IMG/VR virus record: IMGVR_UViG_3300025096_001538
Coordinates: 1 to 58,581 of that record
Length of the DNA stretch: 58,581 nucleotides
Strand: one strand, 5' to 3'
From: a virus
Taxonomy: Duplodnaviria > Caudoviricetes
Under the pieces are notes generated by a model, which was not told where the DNA came from, did not search any database, and saw nothing but the letters and a program-made list of their open reading frames with translations. Of the stretch, positions 55,622 to 58,581 are shown piece after piece (position 1 is the stretch's first letter; each line of letters begins with the position of its first letter). Position numbers and translations under genes: made by a program.

Positions 55622-57333
55622 CTCCGTCCACCCTTATCAAAATCTTTTGAGAATTTTTTGAGTTTATCAAATGCTCTAAACTTTTTCATCTTTTCTTGTT
55701 TATGCCATTTCATCTTATCAAATACTTTCATTCTCATATGTTGTTTTACTATCCAATAAATATCAAGAACATTGCCTCCCATAGATTTTATCCACTTGGC
55801 ATATTTCTTAACGAGTTTTGCTGATACATGCTCGTGTCCGTAATGTGTCCAAAACCCTTTCTTTGGATGTAGTTTTGCAGTTGAGTCTTTACCTATATCG
55901 TGAAATAGAGCGGCAAGTGCAAAATCTATATCACCAGTTTTAAGTGCTCTGTTAGTAACGGCAATCGTGTGTTTTAACACATTACCTTCTGGATGAGCAT
56001 CTCTCCGCTGGTCGTAATTTTTGAGATTGTAAACTCTTTTCTTTAAATCACTTGGTAGTGCATTATAAATGTCTTTGAATTTCTTCGGTTTTTTTCTCAT
56101 TGCTATTTCGTTCATTTTAAGTTTCTTTCTCAACTTTTCAATTTCCCTTTGAACTTTCTTTTGGGCTGAACTTCCTGGCATCATTTTCATTGCCATTGTA
56201 TAAAGTTTATACAACTTTGCCTTATCACTATTTTCATTTAAGAATTTATCTTTTTCCTTGTTTTGTATTGCTTTACCAATATCCTTCCCCTTTAAATCAC
56301 CCGAAACATCACTACCTCTTACCGATAGTTTAAATCTAACTAACTTTTTAAAATCTTTTCCAATGTACTTACCCCATTTAAGAATTTGACCTTTACTCAA
56401 TTTAGTCTTTTCTTGAAACTTCTTAATCATAAAGATATTCTCAGGTTTAAAATTCTGTAAAGAATTCAAAAACTGAATATCGACAATTTCTTGATTAGGA
56501 TAGGCTAAACCATTCAATTTCCGTAATGAATTTACATCATTTTTTCGTAAAATCCAAGATAAAAATAAAATATAATCGTTTTCATTTATGTACGGAACTT
56601 TAACTTGAAATCCAGGTAATATCTGTTTTGTAAATCCTAATGAATCAGCAAGTTGTAAATACTTTTTAGTTGATTTTGCCTTTTTGATTGACTTGACAAA
56701 TTCATCTCGTATCCTTTCTGTACTTACACCTTTAAGACTTGGATTTTGTCTTAAAGCCTTTTCTGTTTCTTTCCCTAACTTACCACCAAGTGCCCCCTGA
56801 AATCTTAATGCTCTCATCTTTCTTAACGGATCTTCATCAAATCTTTCGACAGCATTTCCAACCGTTCTGATTTTTTTCCTTTTCAAATCTGCTATTCCAC
56901 CAACCAAGTCTACAATCTCTCCCCTATCCATATCGTAGAACAACGCATTTATGGTTAAATCTCTCCGTTTAACATCACCTTCGATGTCGGTATAATCAAC
57001 TGAACTTGGGCGTCTCCCTTTACCAATATCCTTTCTGAATGTTGCTATTTCGTGTCCAGCCACTATCACGACACCGAATTGTTTTCCAACCTCTACGGTT
57101 TTCAATCCACCTTTTTTTGCTATTGCCAATACCTCGTCAGGTTTAGCGTCGGTGGCCAAATCAAAATCTTTTGGGTTCTTTCCTAATATTGCATCCCTAA
57201 CTGCTCCACCAACAACAAAAAGTTTTTTCTTGTTTTTCTTAAAAAGTTTGTGTATATTCTTTATGTCAGAAGGGATGTTGAGCCTAAATTTAGAATACTC
57301 ATTCAACGGAATTAAATTAGAAAGATAAATCAT
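55618..57333 (-). CDS. CCA-adding enzyme / poly(A) polymerase family protein with C-terminal HD domain
   Basis: VVGGAVRD, KDFDLAT, EIATFR, DVKRRDLTINAL, RFDEDPLRKMRALRF; HPEGNVLKHT, ALFHDIGK, GHE, QHM. ATG 57333 is in a TAATG overlap. Confidence 0.9.
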   Translation of the reverse strand: MIYLSNLIPLNEYSKFRLNIPSDIKNIHKLFKKNKKKLFVVGGAVRDAILGKNPKDFDLATDAKPDEVLAIAKKGGLKTVEVGKQFGVVIVAGHEIATFRKDIGKGRRPSSVDYTDIEGDVKRRDLTINALFYDMDRGEIVDLVGGIADLKRKKIRTVGNAVERFDEDPLRKMRALRFQGALGGKLGKETEKALRQNPSLKGVSTERIRDEFVKSIKKAKSTKKYLQLADSLGFTKQILPGFQVKVPYINENDYILFLSWILRKNDVNSLRKLNGLAYPNQEIVDIQFLNSLQNFKPENIFMIKKFQEKTKLSKGQILKWGKYIGKDFKKLVRFKLSVRGSDVSGDLKGKDIGKAIQNKEKDKFLNENSDKAKLYKLYTMAMKMMPGSSAQKKVQREIEKLRKKLKMNEIAMRKKPKKFKDIYNALPSDLKKRVYNLKNYDQRRDAHPEGNVLKHTIAVTNRALKTGDIDFALAALFHDIGKDSTAKLHPKKGFWTHYGHEHVSAKLVKKYAKWIKSMGGNVLDIYWIVKQHMRMKVFDKMKWHKQEKMKKFRAFDKLKKFSKDFDKGGRR

Positions 57334-57729
57334 TACCACTTCCAACCTAACATTGTCTTAGTTCTAAGATAATGTTTTGCTGCCTCTTCCATTCCATACT
57401 CTTTATCTATCTTTGGATGCCAAGTATCTTTAATCTTTATCTATCTTTGGATGCCAAGTATCTTTAAAGAACTTCATTGGCATTCCCTTGAAAGCATATT
57501 TACTTGAACCAGCCACCATTGTTTGCCAATCTTTTACTATCTTCCTTTTATCTACTATCCAAACATGCTTATATCTTCTACCATTAGAAATCCATTTATT
57601 CTGTACTGAACCAAATACAACTTTTGCCTTTTTATCTTTTTGGTTAGTCATGTAATATTTCCAAGCCCACGAAACACATTCACCACAAGCGATAACTTTT
57701 TCTGATATTAGTTGTCTTAGTTTAATCAT
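57333..57729 (-). pseudogene. Leader-bearing (MIKLRQLISE) Cys-His-Asp transglutaminase/papain-like protein, truncated by a 34-bp duplication
   Basis: GECVSWA...KHVWIVD...KDW. Removing one repeat copy restores ...KIDKEYGMEEAAKHYLRTKTMLGWKW-stop, which couples to the CCA gene start. Confidence 0.6.
57400..57467. repeat. Perfect 34-bp tandem duplication causing a premature stop
   Basis: TCTTTATCTATCTTTGGATGCCAAGTATCTTTAA at 57400-57433 and 57434-57467. Confidence 0.97.
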
Positions 57730-58581
57730 CAAAAACTCCTTTTCTATCTGTATACCACTTACGATATTTTGCTGGAGTTCCAATAGTTATATTTTTTGTA
57801 AGTCTTTCAAGTTGGTCTTTTTGTTTCTTATCCCACTCCCAACCCTTAGCTACTCTACTCATTACAAATACTTCTTTAATCTTTGCACCATATATCAAAA
57901 TTTCATTCCACCAAACAGAACCCTTCGTGGATGGTGTTGCAAGGTTTTTCTTTACTAACTTTTTATGCTTTTTCAATAAATTATTTGTCAAGTCAATGTA
58001 GTCAGCAATTACTTCCTGTGCCTTTTTATTTAATATTTCTTTAACTGCCGCTTCATATTCTTTGATATTATCTGCAGTAGTTCCAAATTTTTCCATCATT
58101 TTATCTTTTGTTTCCCATTCAAAATCTCTCCACGATTCACGGCCAGGAATCTTTTTTCTTTTTGCCGCCGAAGCTACCAAATATGGATCATCAAAAACTA
58201 TTGTTGAATTAATCCACCTACGGCCTGTTTTATCTGGTTCACTTTGCATATCAATATATTTTCTTGCTAATAAAGTTCCTTCTATCCAAAATATAACTCC
58301 GCCTTCAGTCTGAATACCCTTTCCTTTAGCTAATTGAGAATCTTTACCGGCACGAGTAAATGTTGAGATTGATTTTTTACTACCAAGTAATTTTTTTACA
58401 TTTTCTAAATGATGAAGTGTTGTTACATGAAAAGAAGTTATTGGTATTTTACCAATTATTCTCTCCATTGACTTTGGATAGATGGGAATGGTTTTTTGAT
58501 TAAGAACCCAATCTAATGTTTTTCTCGTATGGGCAGGATACCACTTATCATCAATCCAATCTTCTAATAATAAATCTTTTA
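57722..58581 (-). CDS. Leader-bearing hypothetical protein, start just outside the window
   Basis: The frame is open upstream of the track start 58468 to the window edge and reads xKDLLLE-DWIDDKWYP..., matching the leader. Confidence 0.75.
   Translation of the reverse strand, partial: KDLLLEDWIDDKWYPAHTRKTLDWVLNQKTIPIYPKSMERIIGKIPITSFHVTTLHHLENVKKLLGSKKSISTFTRAGKDSQLAKGKGIQTEGGVIFWIEGTLLARKYIDMQSEPDKTGRRWINSTIVFDDPYLVASAAKRKKIPGRESWRDFEWETKDKMMEKFGTTADNIKEYEAAVKEILNKKAQEVIADYIDLTNNLLKKHKKLVKKNLATPSTKGSVWWNEILIYGAKIKEVFVMSRVAKGWEWDKKQKDQLERLTKNITIGTPAKYRKWYTDRKGVFDD

Noticed and set aside
6427-57467. The three tandem duplications as CRISPR, DGR or insertion target-site repeats
   Set aside because: Each is a two-copy adjacent duplication of unrelated local sequence, with no spacers, no reverse transcriptase and no inserted element.
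2114-58313. Plus-strand ORFs in the track (e.g. 34271..34867, 35123..35563, 40752..41345)
   Set aside because: All overlap well-supported minus-strand genes and read as antisense shadows with no recognisable motifs.
1-58581. Alternative genetic code suggested by the in-frame TGA at 39813
   Set aside because: TAA, TAG and TGA all end genes cleanly, often in ATGA/TAATG overlaps, and coding density is high under code 11.
1-58581. tRNA or rRNA genes
   Set aside because: Intergenic gaps are short and AT-rich and I saw no cloverleaf or T-loop pattern; tRNAscan-SE was not run.

Overview
58.6 kb of an AT-rich, large T4-like (myovirus) phage genome. Essentially every gene is on the minus strand. The window holds a full virion morphogenesis region: large terminase, portal, prohead protease, acidic scaffold, gp23-like major capsid, gp13/14/15-like neck and terminator, tail fibre-like proteins, sheath, tube, a tail chaperone with a probable +1 frameshift, tape measure and baseplate genes. 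It also encodes ThyX, a glycosyltransferase, a RimK-like ligase, a compact family A DNA polymerase and ribosomal protein bS21. The strongest unexplained pattern is that at least 11 unrelated ORFs share a ~10-aa N-terminal leader, M-x-K-L-K-x-(L/I/M)-(L/I/M)-x-E, and the longer accessory ORFs are strings of modules separated by (L/I/V)-x-E sites. I infer a head-cargo system: a capsid-targeting leader plus processing by the prohead protease. In several cases cleavage would expose a functional N-terminus (an Ntn-hydrolase Cys, a GTR-start family). The putative cargo includes a CCA/poly(A) polymerase-HD protein, a Nudix hydrolase, a HIGH-type nucleotidyltransferase and a ligase-like domain that appears split across two genes in reversed order. 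Other observations: a recurrent intergenic motif (coding-strand ATATTTATA, the reverse complement of the T4 late promoter), one in-frame TGA, and three perfect 29-45 bp tandem duplications that may be assembly artefacts. All calls come from reading motifs by eye; no searches were run.
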